This document shows, piece after piece, positions 43,503 through 57,107 of a stretch of 64,000 nt of DNA. A model generated the notes under the pieces. It was not told the DNA's origin. It searched no databases and worked only from the letters and a program-made list of their open reading frames with translations. Position 1 is the stretch's first letter. Every line of letters starts with the position of its first letter. The position numbers and the translations under genes were made by a program. The DNA comes from Azolla caroliniana (lineage: Eukaryota; Plantae; Polypodiophyta): NCBI GenBank assembly GCA_043228905.1, contig JBHGNT010000017.1, positions 14,756,001 through 14,820,000 on the forward strand, in the 5' to 3' direction.

Positions 43503-46500
43503 TCATTGTGTTTCCGACAAACGTTTCTTCATAACATAGATTACTACACGCTGACTTGAGAAATCTGGATGCCATTGAGTCTGCAGAACTCTCCACATAT
43601 GGAAGTCCTTCAATGCTGACTCCAAAAAGAGCTCAAGTATTGCATCTGCACCATTACAACAGAAAGATGATTACAAACATGTAAGCAGGAAGAATAAAAA
43701 CAGAAAAGGGTTAATGTCGCACTTTCTTACCGTTTCTTAGCTCGCCTGATAGAATGACTGTAGTATTACTTGAACATAGGCACATTAGCGTATATAAAAG
43801 TTCATCGATAGCCTTTTCATTGTAGACAACGTCTGATGCCAAGACTACAAGAAAGAATAAAAAACATGATTCACATAATATCAATGATAGATCTGAGGAA
43901 TATGGAAAGATCACTACAAACATTGAGGTAACAAAGATCATTGAAGAGCAATTTGACAAAGTAATGAAATGAAATGAAAATTGTGACAACACAGTTCCAA
44001 CAACTCCTGGAGAAATATATATATATATATATATATAATGAGACTAATTTCATGAAATTATATGACATGTCCCGAAGAGAAAGAATAAACTTTCAAATGA
44101 AAACAATTTATAACATGGAAATGTTAGAACACATATTTGAGTGGGCACAATGTGGAGCCAAAATGAGGTTTCATTCAATCATGCTCAAGACTTCATGCTA
44201 AATGACAAAGAATCACACAAATAAAGAGGTTAATTTGATTCCTAAATAACCAAAAGTGGGAGAATCATTGATTATGGAAGCAAGAGGCACAAATATACGT
44301 GAGAACATTGATGTCATCCCAATGATGCACAAGACCTATGACCACGCTCAAAAGTAACAATCGGCAACGGTTCAGTTTGAACTGAACCAAACCGCAAAAT
44401 TACGGCTTAACAGTTAAAACGGTTTGGCTTGGTTCAGGTTCAGGTTCGGGTTTTTTTAATGGCTCGGTTCGGTTTCAACAGTTAGAAACTGCAGTTTAAA
44501 TGGTTTTTTATTTTTTATTTTTTATTTTTTTATAAATTTTAAAAAATTGTTTTTAAACAATCTTTTCATTTTCATGCCTTATTCTCACATTTTAAGAAAA
44601 TCTTTAAATTTTTGAAAATTTAAACAATGAAATATTTTAAAATTTTAAATTTTGACCTAAGCTGAAAACCGAAACCGAACCACAAAACCATGGTTTTACT
44701 GGTTTAATGACTTGAATGGTTTGAAATTTTTTAATGGTTCAGTTTAACAGTTTCGTGGTTCGGTTCAGGTTTCTAAATTTTTAAACGGTTCGGTTTTGAC
44801 CCTCTCGAACAGAACCGTTGCCAATTGTTACTCAAAAGCACGTTGAAGAGAAAGCTAGAACATGCAAACTATTGTGACTTGAACAAACCGACAATAAAAA
44901 TACACATGAATGCACTAACTATACTTTCTTAAAAGCTAACCATTGCCTGAACCATCGATTTAACCCTGATCCTAATAAGGAGAATGTGTTTCACGCTGAA
45001 ATCTGGGTTTTACAGATTTTGGTCCCCCCTACGGATGTTAATGGTTTCTTTACTGAATGTAGATTCTAGAATCATTTCTATCCGACACTTTTAACGAGGA
45101 AAATGCCATAATGTTCTTCAGGTCGAAAGGGTTATTTAGGACCCCTCCCGTACCCGCTCCCTCTACTTTATGGGGGTAAGAATCACTGCAGGAGAAGTCG
45201 AATTATCATGGATTCTGATAAACTAATCGTAATAAATAAGAACCTCAAACATACCATCAATCATATAAATGGTTTCCGTGTCTCAGTCATACAAACAATT
45301 AGAAGCTTCACCAAATTACTTAACATCACAATTCATAAGGACTATTGCACCCTAACATGGAAAGAAAACTTTGAAAAAAGAAAGAGAATAGACAAAGAAT
45401 AAACATTTACCAAAATCAACAGGTGGTGTTATGAGACTCGGATCAATTTCTTCTCCCCATGTTAACTCTTGCACGCTGGGAATAACTTTCAAGTTCAATT
45501 GCTTCATATTTTCATCAACATTCTTCTGCAGCAAACGCAAACGATCCGGCAAATCCGTTAAGATTACCTCTCCACCAAGAAGGGCAGCCACACACCTGCA
45601 AAGATCATATAGTAATAACTATTTCTACAGTAATTCAGTATCTGAAAAGACGAGAAACATAAGCGTGTGCTTAACTTACCCTACAAAACCACATCCAGCA
45701 CCGAGCTCGATACACCTTTTCCCTCTAAGGCTAAGTAAATGAAGGTCATGTGAATGTTCCAGAAACTTCCCCAGCATTATTGCACTATCCCACAAAACTG
45801 CACCTGTGACTCCTGGTTTGTTCTGTCAAGCATATAACTAAACATTCCTTAATGAGTTTTTCCATAACATTGTTCGCACATTTACAATATTCTATGCGTG
45901 GGGTATTTAGCAGAAGCTTACAAAAGAAAGTATGTCATGACCACTGTCCAAAACTTCCTGTCTTAACCTAGCAAAAGGGAATGTCTCAGATGTTTCTTTG
46001 TATTCCTCCATCTCATATCATAACGTGCAAAATTATGGATTCTTACAAAGTAAATATAATGAATAAGAACCTCAAACATACCATTAATCTGCGTCAATGG
46101 TTTCTTTTTCTGAGTCATATATATATTATATATATATAAGCTCCTAAAAGCTTTAATGCAAGATATGTTTCTTTCCCTCTCTCATGTGTTAATGTTCCAC
46201 TTATGACCATCTCAACTTTGAAAGGTTCTGCTATATATCATTGCTTCTTCTTTTATCAGACATTTGTCTTTGCGAGGTGAGCGGGAAACTTCTACACTAT
46301 GCATTTTTCTTCTCTGTTCTAAACTATATGGATGATGGCAAACACAAAAAAGAACCTGTTGTACTTGCCTTGAAACCTTATTACACACATAACATCATGA
46401 GACAAAAGCTAGATATGAGGTTAGAAAATTAAGCATGTGTGACTGACTGAGCAAATGCTTGAAAGAAAAAACCTTACCAGAGCAGAAGGGGTCTGAAGGA

Positions 46501-46720
46501 TCCTCATGTTGTGGCCACAAGCATCGATGCAGGCCAAGTCCTTGGATTGGCGGACGAATGCATTCTGAAGGGAAGATTGCGGCTGACCCAGCGCCCACAA
46601 GAGCATGATGTCCTCAGATGCCTCCACCACGTGGCGAAGAGGCACTTCCAATGATCCTGAGAGCTCTGGTACCACCATCTCTTCATCTTCTTCTTCTTCT
46701 TCATCTTGATCCTCAGCCAT
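43503..46720 (-). CDS. METTL21-like (Methyltransf_16) SAM-dependent protein-lysine methyltransferase, 5 exons
   Basis: Exons ~46720-46478, 45822-45680, 45596-45410, 43844-43731, 43645-43503. Motifs GVTGAVLWDS, IELGAGCG, VILTDL, ELTWG, LASDVVY, ELRN; ends WHPDFSSQRVVIYVMKKRLSETQ*. Confidence 0.92.
44355..44830. mobile_element. hAT-type MITE (476 bp) in methyltransferase intron 3
   Basis: TIRs taacaatcggcaacggtt / aaccgttgccaattgtta. Perfect 8-bp TSD ctcaaaag at 44347-44354 and 44831-44838. Confidence 0.92.
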
Positions 46721-46727
46721 GGCAGAG

Positions 46728-46772
<45 letters not shown>

Positions 46773-46859
46773 TTCAAGAACCCAAAAGAGCAGTGGGTCC
46801 AAAGGTATCATGGATTAGATCCTTTCCACCCATGGTTGGAATTCCGGTGTGGGAATGGG

Positions 46860-47225
46860 ATTGGATCCATCGAATCTTTTCGGTTAGAGTTGGATCCGAT
46901 CCTTCATATGTTTCTGGTTGGATCGGATCGGATCCTTCAATGTATTTGGTCAGAGTCGGATCAGATCAGGTCCTTCAAATCTTTTTGGTCGGAGTCGGAC
47001 TGGATCGGATCCTTCATATGTTCCTAGTCGGAGTCGGATCGGATTGAATCCCCCTTATCGTTTTTTTATCTAAGTCGGGATCGGATCAAATTGGATCCTT
47101 CGAATCTTTTTGGTCTGAGTTGGATCAGATCCTTCATATGTTTCTGGTCGAACTCGGATCGGATTGAATCCCTCTTATCCTTTTTTATCTAAGTCGTGAT
47201 CGTACCATATTGGATTCTTTTTGGT
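46860..47225. repeat. ggatc-rich degenerate tandem repeat upstream of the methyltransferase (possible MITE arm)
   Basis: Repeated gagtcggatcggatccttca...tttggtc units of ~35-40 bp. Confidence 0.7.
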
Positions 47226-49494
47226 CAGGACTCAAGACTAAGAGTCGGGTTGATTTCAAGTTCGAGTTCGGAATCCTTTTGGTTGTTGGTGTTGTGCCAA
47301 ATATCTCTTTTGGCCCTAGGGGTTTCCAAGTCTCGGATTTGTCTAGTCCTAGAGGTTCTTGTATCACTTCTAGTCCATAGAAGTTTTGCATTCATCCTTT
47401 TCTGTATTGCTTCTTTACTCTACAATGGGTTTCTGTCTACTCGTCTGTCTGTTCCACGACTATGTGTGATCAGAGTTGGATGAATACAAAATATATCATA
47501 CACCATCGAGATCGCGGTGCTTGAATGTGCATGAAGTGCTAAGCATACCTATAAAGGCAAGGTAAAAATATAAAGTATGCTAGATGTTTAGACAAGATGT
47601 ATGCCTTACACAGCCACCAATGTTTTGTCACTAACCAAACTATAAAATGATCCTTTTTTAGCATGATTCCCCACTTGCCATCACCACTAATCCTAAATCA
47701 TATGCGATTCTTTTGTTTATCACAAGAGATGCAAGAGGATCAACTAGAAGTGAACTTATTTAACTTCATTGAGAAACTTTATTATATTTTCATGTTTCAT
47801 CATCCTTATCCTTTAAAATGCATGTTTGTCCTCTTATTTGGGACAAATGCTAGTTAATATGCATTTCTCTTGTGAAATCTTGTAATTTGACATTCAAGCG
47901 TTTCGACCTCAATAGCCATGATTCACACCATGCATGAAAAGGCCTCTGACTCAAAAGGTAAAATGCTTCTTCAATTGCTCTACTTATTTATATCACCTAC
48001 CTCATTGGGTGAAAACTCACTAAGGTTCCCATGGGTATGAGGTGATAGAGATTATAACTCACAAAGGACTAACTACATGTATCATTGAGCGTGTTTCATG
48101 CAAAGGCATCATTTGTAGCCTCCCGACCACCCATTTAGCCAATGAAGGGTGAAACCATGAATGGTCATCATCACAACAAATCTTGTTAAATCCCAAAAGC
48201 ATCATATGGACCAAAGTATATAAAATCTAGAAGCAATGCCATTAAAAACTAAAGCTCTTCTTCATCAATGGCCTAAGTGCCCCTTATTAAGTATATGTTG
48301 CAAAAAATATATATCTCTAACTGTTGGTTGGTTCAATTATGCATGACACATCGAGAAACTTTAAAGATAAGCAAGTAGATCACTTAGCTTAAACATCATG
48401 TACAACTTCGTCTATGCTTCACCCTCCATGCACATTCAAAACTCTTTTTATTAAGGCTAGAATTCATATAGACTTGTATAGGAGAACCCATGACCTTCAC
48501 CTTAACATATTCTAGTCCCTAGGGGCCACTCCCCTTAAACTAGAGTTGCAATATAGAGTTTGAGAAGATTGCCATGTTTAAATGAAACCAAGAGGGAGAT
48601 GATGACTTGGAACCACAAAACATGAGAGTATATATGTATTCAAGAGGGTTTATAATGTTTTCAAACACTTTGTCAACGTAAAGTGGTTATCAAATCCACC
48701 ATACTTTGGATTTCTTAGAGAATATAGTCACATTTAAAATGAAACCATTTTTATTATTTACTACTAGTAAGGCTAATTGCAAATATTGTTAGCATGTAAT
48801 CGAATGAAAACAATTGATTTTTCTTGAGGTGAAGCTAAATTGATTAGCTCGTTACCAAAATAAAATGTTATATTGTGCATGAACATCTATGTAAGGGATA
48901 TATGTAAGGTGATCAAATTGGCCCATATGTCACACATACACACAACTATACATATATTGACCCAAAAGGAATAAAGTGAGAAATTTCGTAGAGAAGGGAT
49001 GATGACCATTGGCTTTGGTAGTACATGGAAAGTATCATGGTTCTTGCCCTAAACTTATTACCATTGATGCTTGGTGATTGCACTCCATGAAGTTGTGCGG
49101 GACAATGGGTAAAGATAGAACTTAGAAGTAGAAGGTGACATGTTGCATCATAAAAAGTCCATGTGTGATTTGCTCAAATGCCATGTTGAGAAGAATATGT
49201 ACATTTGCTATTCGATGCATGCCTATAGTGAATGGCCAGAAGATCTTCACCGCAAGTCTTTTACGAGTATGAGTCCTGTTAGTTAGTTGCTAACGATGTC
49301 CTAGACAACCACACCCCACATAGTACAAGATCTTCACTTGGTCCCAACAACACATGCAACTTGCCCCTATCAACGAGCTACCTTTGGGTGTCCATGATGG
49401 ATTGTCTAATAGAAGAAGTAGACATGGTGGTACGTGCTTCAAGATTAACAAAGTTTTAGTTATCAGAAAGCAAGTATCAAGTCACTCATTGTTC

Positions 49495-49812
49495 AATAAA
49501 TAGAGGAAGAAGAATAGGAATAAGAAGAAGAAGAATAAGAAGAAGAAGAGGAAGTGTAACCAAGAATGGATAAAATAAATAAATAAATAGATAAATAAAT
49601 CAACCAACTAAATACATAAATAGATAAAAAACAAACAAACAAACAAACAAACAAAGAGACAAACAAACAAATGAATAAGTAAATAAAAAAACAAATGAAA
49701 GGATAAATACATACATAAGTAAATAAACAAGTAAATAAAGAAATAAATAGATAAACGAGAAAAATAAATAAATAAAAGAGAAATAAGTAAATATGTAGTA
49801 AACGAGATATAG

Positions 49813-49847
<35 letters not shown>

Positions 49848-50275
49848 GTAAACGAGAAATAAAAATAAAAACAAAAATAAGTAAATAAATAAACGAGAAA
49901 ATAAAAAGTAAAAAAAAAAATAAAAAAATAAAAAAAAATAAATAAAAAGATAAAAAGATAAAAAGATAAAAAAATAAAAAAAAATAAAAAAAAAAAGATA
50001 AAAAGATAAAAAGATAAAAAGATAAAAAGATAAAAAGATAAAAAAATAAAAAAAAATAAAAAAATAAAAAAATAAAAAAAATAAAAAAATAAAAAAATAA
50101 AAAAATAAAAAAATAAAAAAATAAAAAAATAAAAAAATAAAAAGAAAAAAGGGAGAAATAAATAAGTAAGTAAATAAACGAGAAAATAAAAAGTAAATAA
50201 ATAAATAAAGGAGAAATAAATAAGAAAATAAATAAATAAATAAGTAAATAAATAAACAAGAAAATAACAAGAAAA

Positions 50276-50338
<63 letters not shown>

Positions 50339-50436
50339 ATAGACAACAAATAAATAAGTAAATAAATAAACGAGAAATAAATGAGTAACTGAGCAGTCGA
50401 ATAAATACAAAATAAATAAAAAATAAAATAAAAATT
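49495..50436. repeat. ~940-bp compound A-rich microsatellite
   Basis: (AAAT)n, (AAAC)n, (AAAAGAT)n and (AAAAAAAT)n blocks punctuated by aaacgaga. Confidence 0.95.
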
Positions 50437-50968
50437 TGAACCCCCCCCCCCCCCTTTTCCACCTCTCACCTCCTCTGCTCTGCTCCTCTGTTTAGCTCTC
50501 ATTCATACCTTCACTTCATTCTAATTTCTAACTGCATACATACATACATACATACATACATACATACATAACGTTTCCCTCATGATGATGTTCTTGAGTC
50601 TTCTCTCTGAACACAGAGGAACAGAGCATTTTGCCCTGTCACGCCCAGAAACAAACACCCCATTGTAATTGTAGGCAATGCAATTATTAGATTCATTGCC
50701 TGCTTCACATTTTTGATTATTGGATCAGCAATGCATCCAAAAAATAGACATACATTATTTATTACTTCAATGTTATATCAGTAGCAGGAGGCGGCAGTGT
50801 AAGGAAGGAAAAACACACACACACACTCAATAGCACAGCTTTCCCTCTCTTCATTTCCTTCCTACATTTAATGTGTCAATTATTCTCTATGACCCGGCTT
50901 TGAATCTTGACGGCATACGTTTTTGATATGTTAGAGGAGTCTTTCTTCTTCATCATCAGCATGAAGTC

Positions 50969-51600
50969 ATGGAATCCAGAATAGACCAACATGAAGTCAT
51001 GGAACAGATTGGGAAAGGGTCCTCTTGGCTCAGCTATCCTTGTGTATCACAAACTTGAAGGTAAAAAGTCAGCAAAATTGATACTAAGAATTTATATTAC
51101 ATCATCACGAATCATGTATAATCATCATAAAAATAAGCCTTCATCAAATTACTACATATGGATTGTGGCTACAAGGGTCACTATGCTGTGCAGTGGCACC
51201 CTATTGTTACGAAAGTATATATGTGTAACAATAGTAGCATGTATAATCATGTGATACAATCATTTCTAATGGACATAAAAAGGCAATTATTCCGCATTGT
51301 GCTTTAGTAAGTAATGTGTCTTGTTTCTATCAAGAATATATATATAATATGGTCTATGGCAGGTTATTGGCACAACAAATTATACGCCTCTGGAGTTGCA
51401 TGCAGACATCCGATATGGTTTCAAATCTGTCATTTGGTCCCTAGGTGAGTGAAATCTTGTTTTGAACATCTTTGTTTTCTTCTTCTTCTTCTTCAAAAGT
51501 TAGGCTCTCTTTTCTATATATGGAGATGAAGTAATGACAATTTTTCCCAAGCTTGTGTTTATATGAAATGGCTGCCCACTGGCCGACAATGGAAGCTTTT
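50969..51600 (+). pseudogene. NEK: NIMA-related kinase (NEK) pseudogene fragment, copy 1
   Basis: MESRIDQHEVMEQIGKG(frameshift)LGSAILVYHKLEGKK, then VIGTTNYTPLELHADIRYGFKSVIWSLG|gt and CLYEMAAHWPTMEAF|gt. Plant NEKs read MESRMDQYE...[28 protein letters not shown]...YEMAAHRPAFKAF. Confidence 0.88.
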
Positions 51601-51639
51601 GTAAGTAATGTATTTAACATTAGACCCATCTGATTATAC

Positions 51640-52984
51640 TGTAACCCTCAAATCTTCACTTTGTATGTTGTATGTGCTCATGACAGTGTGTATTAATGTG
51701 TACGTGTGTATTTCTTTCACATTTCTTGTGAATGTAATTTAGAAACATGAAGTACCCTTCCCTCTCCTTGTTCACGAGTAAGGTACTAAAGGAGGAATCA
51801 GTGATGGTAGGTGTGAAGCCTAGGCTCGGTTTTGACCCCAGGCTTGGATAGTCTATTGGTCGGGTTCAAGGCAACAAATGCCGCGCGACAATAATTACAC
51901 TTGTTGCTAAGCCGATGAAGTATCTACTGCGGGATTGTTTTTATTTTTTCTTTCAATGAATGGGTAAATACCCCCATTTTTGTTGTAAACCATTTGTCTC
52001 ATGGGGCAATTTTGGCCTTAGAAGACGTTAATATATCTTTCTTTCTTTCTTTCTATCAGCGAGCAACTCGCTGTGGCTTGTTTGCTCTAGGGGAGGGATT
52101 GATCCTAAGTCAGACTTAGCTAGGGTCTGTTTAGGATCACTCGTAGTTCAGATTTTCCTAAATTTCCTAGAGCCAATTTAGGGTGTAGGGGGCCCCTAGA
52201 GTGGAATCGGGGAAAAAATCACTTCTTGTGCTCACCACAGGCTTCGCTGTCGAGCGCACCAAAGCTGCTCTTCATTACTTTAAACCACACTAAATAAGTG
52301 TTTTGCAATTCAACCTGAAGCAGGTGAACACCAGAGAGATTAAATCATTATGACGGTTATTACGATAAGTTTGGGGAAAGTGGATCCAAATTACCCTAGT
52401 GTTTAAAATATTTGACCATTTTATGCAAGGGGAGTAAGGTGAGAAGACATAAGAATAAAAGAGTCTTGAGGGGATTATATCCACTGATAATGGTGAGTTG
52501 AGTGCTAATTGTCAATTTTCGATCAATATGTATACTAGGTTGGTTTCTCACATGTCATTGTGGCAAGCCCAGCGAATTGATATCCATTGCTCTATTAGAG
52601 GATTCATGGCATTCTTTTACAGCATACCTGATTATTTTCGAGAAATCAAGGTCATTTACAAGATCAATGTATTGGATGCATCATCATTTCCATGTGTGCT
52701 TTGTGAGCTTTCCTTGTTCCACACCTTAATTTCTGGTTCCCTTGAAGGTTTAGTAATTTTGCTATTTACAATTTTTAGAAATTGCGTTCTCTTTACAATC
52801 AGAGTCATCCTCCACTTGCACATTTCATAATTCATTTCGATAAATTTCTCTACCATTTGTTTTTTGGTTAGTCTAAATGAAGTACTATCTCTGGTTTCTT
52901 GATTCTATCTTTGCTGTCATCTCTATAGATCTTCTGGACTGATCTTCTTGGGATGCTGTGCTTTAATCCTTATGGTGAAAGGTC
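51640..52984. mobile_element. Insertion present only in duplicate copy 1 (possible solo or truncated LTR)
   Basis: Empty site gattatactgtctaaag at ~60561. The insert starts TGTAAC and is flanked by tatac/tatat, but the right end lacks CA. Confidence 0.5.
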
Positions 52985-53754
52985 TATATTGTCTAAAGAT
53001 CTAATAAAATAAGAGTAAGAAAGACAAGGGAAGGGTGGCATGATAGCTTAACTTTGTAGTTGTTGTTTTTAGTATGTAGGCAATATCCAATAACTGTAAG
53101 GATCTAAGAAACAAAGCAAGAGTGATGGAGATGTAATGAAGTAACTATCAAAGAGGCAAGATTGGCGGAGATGTAAGGAAATTAAAAAATCTAAGGTTAA
53201 TATGGCCACTCAATTCTTGTTTATGTTTCCATTCAATGCTCGGCTTTTTGAGGATTCGCGCACCAGAAATTTTGGACCCCCTTGTCATGAAAAATGCTAA
53301 ACTATTTGTTGGCAATCAATGTATCGGTGATTACTAAATGATTCTTTTCATGAGTACTATTGCTATGGACATAGACTTCATAACATGGATCAAGGTCTCG
53401 ACTATTGTTTGTGATAGTGATAATGAGCTAGATGGATGATGAAGAATCAGTGGCAGCAAGTCCTAGACAAACCGTAATGGTGAAGAGTGGCACAATCAAA
53501 GTCTCTTGCTTCATGCCCTATGAGATGTCAACTAGCTTTTATCTTGTTGACATGAGTAGGAACAAGGGCGGCCATAAGTCCAAATGATTAAAAGTAAGGT
53601 GAGGTAGATAGATTTAAGCATTATACTAAGTTAAATAAAAATCCAAAGTTTTATTCGAAATGGGCATGTGCCTATTCAATTACATCAAAATCACAGACAT
53701 TTGATTATTCATTGGAACCCAATGTGATCAAGGGTTACAAAAAAATTTCATTAG

Positions 53755-54345
53755 TTAGTACGGGCGTTGATTCAGGTAGTTTCCTGGGGGATTGTAGCTG
53801 CAGATGATGAAGGTGGAACGGCCATCTGGGCATGCTTGCACTGCACAACCAACGGCGGTGGATCTACTCCACACCACTTGTGTATAGTGGCCACACATTG
53901 CATTGCGAATGCATTTGTTGGATTGATAATCGTAGCTCCCCGACTCGGCCACCCATGCCATTACAGCATCTATACCAGTGTAAGTTTTTCCGCTACCCCA
54001 GAAGAGATTCTCGCCATATGGGCCACCTGAGTGCACAAGCTGGCACTGGCGTTGGGCAGCATCTTGGGCAGCATAGCTCGCAGCGTAGTTGGCCAAGTTT
54101 TGGTCCCAAGAGATTGGTGCCACACCTACAGCGGCCCGAGCATTATTATGCGGCTGAAGGAATGAAGCAATGAAGCCATTGTTGGTCTGTGCACCTACAT
54201 GCATGAAAAATAGATAGGGTATTGATAAACACCCCACTAGCATCATGATTATGATGAACGAGCGGTGTAAGCATAGATGAGAAGATGAAGAGCATTGAAT
54301 GGAACCGAGAGGAGGTGAAGTAGTAGTAGTAGTAGTGGAAGCCAT
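53755..54345 (-). CDS. PR1: Pathogenesis-related protein 1 (CAP/SCP), intronless
   Basis: FLQPHNNARAAVGV, WDQNLANYA, LVHSGGPYGENLFWG, CGHYTQVVW, ICSYNPPGNYLNQRPY; hydrophobic signal segment. Confidence 0.96.
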   Translation of the reverse strand: MASTTTTTTSPPLGSIQCSSSSHLCLHRSFIIIMMLVGCLSIPYLFFMHVGAQTNNGFIASFLQPHNNARAAVGVAPISWDQNLANYAASYAAQDAAQRQCQLVHSGGPYGENLFWGSGKTYTGIDAVMAWVAESGSYDYQSNKCIRNAMCGHYTQVVWSRSTAVGCAVQACPDGRSTFIICSYNPPGNYLNQRPY

Positions 54346-56212
54346 GTTATGGTAGCAGATGAATGGGATGAATTGCTACTTCTGCTGCTGTTGTTATGAT
54401 GTGATGAAAAGCTAGACAAATAGTGAGAGAGATAGCAGCAGAAGTAGTACGAGGAGACTGAATGAGAAACATGAGTGTCAACGTCAGTTTTTGTAGTCAG
54501 CATCACAAGCAGCCGTCAGCTGGGGTTTTTGGCATCTACAATAATTGCAATAACAGAATTAACGGTATTATACTACATAATATCATGTTATCTATCCATC
54601 CTAACGTTCACTTATCACATTTTTCACTTATCACATTTTTGTTTCTATACTTATTATAATTTACCCTCATCCCCTCATCCCCTTATCACATTTTCCTTTT
54701 ATTTCTACCCTTGAGGAAAGAAATTGTTTAACGCAGCACGAGTTCCTTGAGTGTTACAAATAATTACTTGAACCACTCATATAATTGAGGGAATAAAAGC
54801 ACAGATGAATCGGGCTCCAATGTGAATTGCTTAGAGACAAGACACCACGTGGGTTCTCAAGAGGATCCGTTTGGGGAGATCCGAAAAGGCTTTCGAGGTG
54901 TGGTATTGCAAAGTTTTTCTTTATTTCATATCAACTAGTAAACTATCTATTGTCTATGTGAAGAGACCATATACGAACTTCTATTCCCACTACCAGTCCT
55001 ATAGTCTAAGTGGTCTGAGCCAGTTACGTTATTGACTCGCATTTCTTGACTCATGCTACATGCTTCATTTTAGGGAGGTAGAACCTTGCTTTGAGTACTT
55101 ACTCTGCTAGAATATGGTAAATGTTCAATATATTCAATGTTCGCCATTGGGTGCCTAATGAGTCCTAGTCTTTCCAACTCCACATGGTTGTCAGCATTTT
55201 GAATACTTAAGTTCTTATTCTTCATTGTCCTCCATTGCATATGGGATGGATTTGATAACAATATTCCGGAATCATTTGTTATTACGGATTGGCTTGTATA
55301 CATTTACCTTTGACTCCCTTTGCTCTAAGAGCAAAGCTAAAGAGTGAACAATCTTTAGGGATCATTGTTTATTACGAACTAGCTTGTATACATTGATGTT
55401 TGACTCCTTTTGCTCTAAGAGCAAAGATAAAGAGTTAATAAAACCTATATTGAGGCCTTGAAATTCTCCCAATTGTTACTTGAGATTACACCATCAAATG
55501 CATTATTATTGTCACTCTTGTTCTTTGATAGAAACCTGAGAACAATGTCCCAACAATTTTTGGAGAAACCGTGGCACTAACCCTTTTAAACCAGTACTTT
55601 TATTGCTGAAAATAGCAACATTTCATTGTGTGAAGGAAATTTGGTTGATGCTTATCTCCTTCACGGGTAATGAAGATATGAATTTTCTGAAACAACAATC
55701 CTTTAAAGGAAAATGGAAGGATTTGTTAGTTTTTGTGGAGAGAAAGGACAAAATGGAATGGCAATATGTACCCTCGCGATGGTTGTTCCCTCCATAGGTG
55801 GAGGTTGGTTTCAATTATTACATAATGGGGGATATCTTACCCACCACTAAAATGTATCATTATAGGTTTGTATTTGCTTATTGCATTGGTAATGGAAACT
55901 ATGGTGTAGTTTATGTTTAAAAAAAAAAGAAAAAGAAAAGAAAAGAAAATAGCAACATTGCTAGATTTTTATCACAGTGCCAGAAAGTCTAACACTTCTT
56001 TTGCTCTAGAATGTGTGGAACTTTGGCACTTATGTGTTCACTTATTTTATATGTATTCAACATGTATTTAACATATTTTATATGAGTGAATACATATTCT
56101 AAGCATTTAAAAAAATGTAGAATACGTTTCGAATGTGTCGTATGCATATTGTATGCTAAGTATTCTACAACTATGGTGGAGTCACAAACCAAAAATATAT
56201 CCTAGCCATCTA

Positions 56213-56340
56213 GAATTCATTCCTTCAGCCCCATACTGGGATTAACCTTGGCCAGCTGGGGTAGAATTATGCCCCTCCCAAAATCCTGCCCAACAACAAT
56301 GCCGGTTGGTGCACTCAGATGGCCCTTGTGATGAGAACAA
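56213..56340 (+). pseudogene. Decayed PR-1 fragment
   Basis: ttcattccttcagcccca (SFLQPH) ... QQQCRLVHSDGPCDEN resembles QRQCQLVHSGGPYGEN. Confidence 0.7.
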
Positions 56341-57107
56341 GGACTTAGGCGATCAAAATCTGAACAACCATGTGGTACCAAGACTCATTAGCTTACCGAA
56401 GGGTGAACATCGAATATGCCGAGGTGCATATTCACGACACCATTTGAGGCTGAAGAACAATGCAAAGAGAATGAGTGTCCTAAAGAATGAATATATCTAT
56501 TTGATGGGAGTTGCAACCACACTGATTGAGTGTATTCTAATGGAATAAGTACTCAATGTTGGGTAATGAAAACCTAAACCAAGGCTCAACCTCCTTGAAA
56601 TGCCACATCTAGCTTGAGTCAAGAAATGCAAGTCAATAACGTAAATCGCGTGAACCGCTTAGACTATATGGCAGTTCTTATATGATCAGTTCATGTAGAC
56701 AAACTTTTACCAGTGGATATCAAATAAAGAAAAAGATAGAAATACCCCAAGCCATGTGAAGTCTTTATCGATCTCCCCCAAATGCAACCTCTTGAGAACA
56801 CGAGGTGGGGGTCCTCTCTCTAAGTAATTCTATGGTTGAGCTCCATCCAAAGGTGCTTTTATTCTCTCAACTATATGTAACACGCAAGGGACTCATGCCC
56901 CCCCTTGTAACACAATTTGTTTCCCTTTAGGGGTATGAGGGAGAAATAAAGGGAAACTGTAAAAATGGAGGAGGGTAAACTGTAATAACAATAAACAAGT
57001 GAATATGGATATTGAACGGTAGGATGGATAACACAACATAGTATAAGACCGTTAATTCTGTTACTATAGTTATTGAAGATGTCGAACCTCCCTCTCTCTC
57101 AAACAGC

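Noticed and set aside
43399-43596. ORF-track frame as the last methyltransferase exon
   Set aside because: Splice phase and family motifs support another frame ending at 43503.
47900-49300. Possible decayed PIF/Harbinger transposase on the minus strand
   Set aside because: Only vague motif hints (PFMVSPF, VHD); not supportable without an HMM search.
49493-50502. Three ~300-aa hydrophobic ORFs
   Set aside because: Artefacts of the T-rich strand of a microsatellite.
50476-50628. miRNA-like hairpin (tgctctgctcctctgt / acagaggaacagagca)
   Set aside because: Short CT/GA-rich stem with a large loop, no match to a miRNA I recognise, and poorly kept in copy 2.
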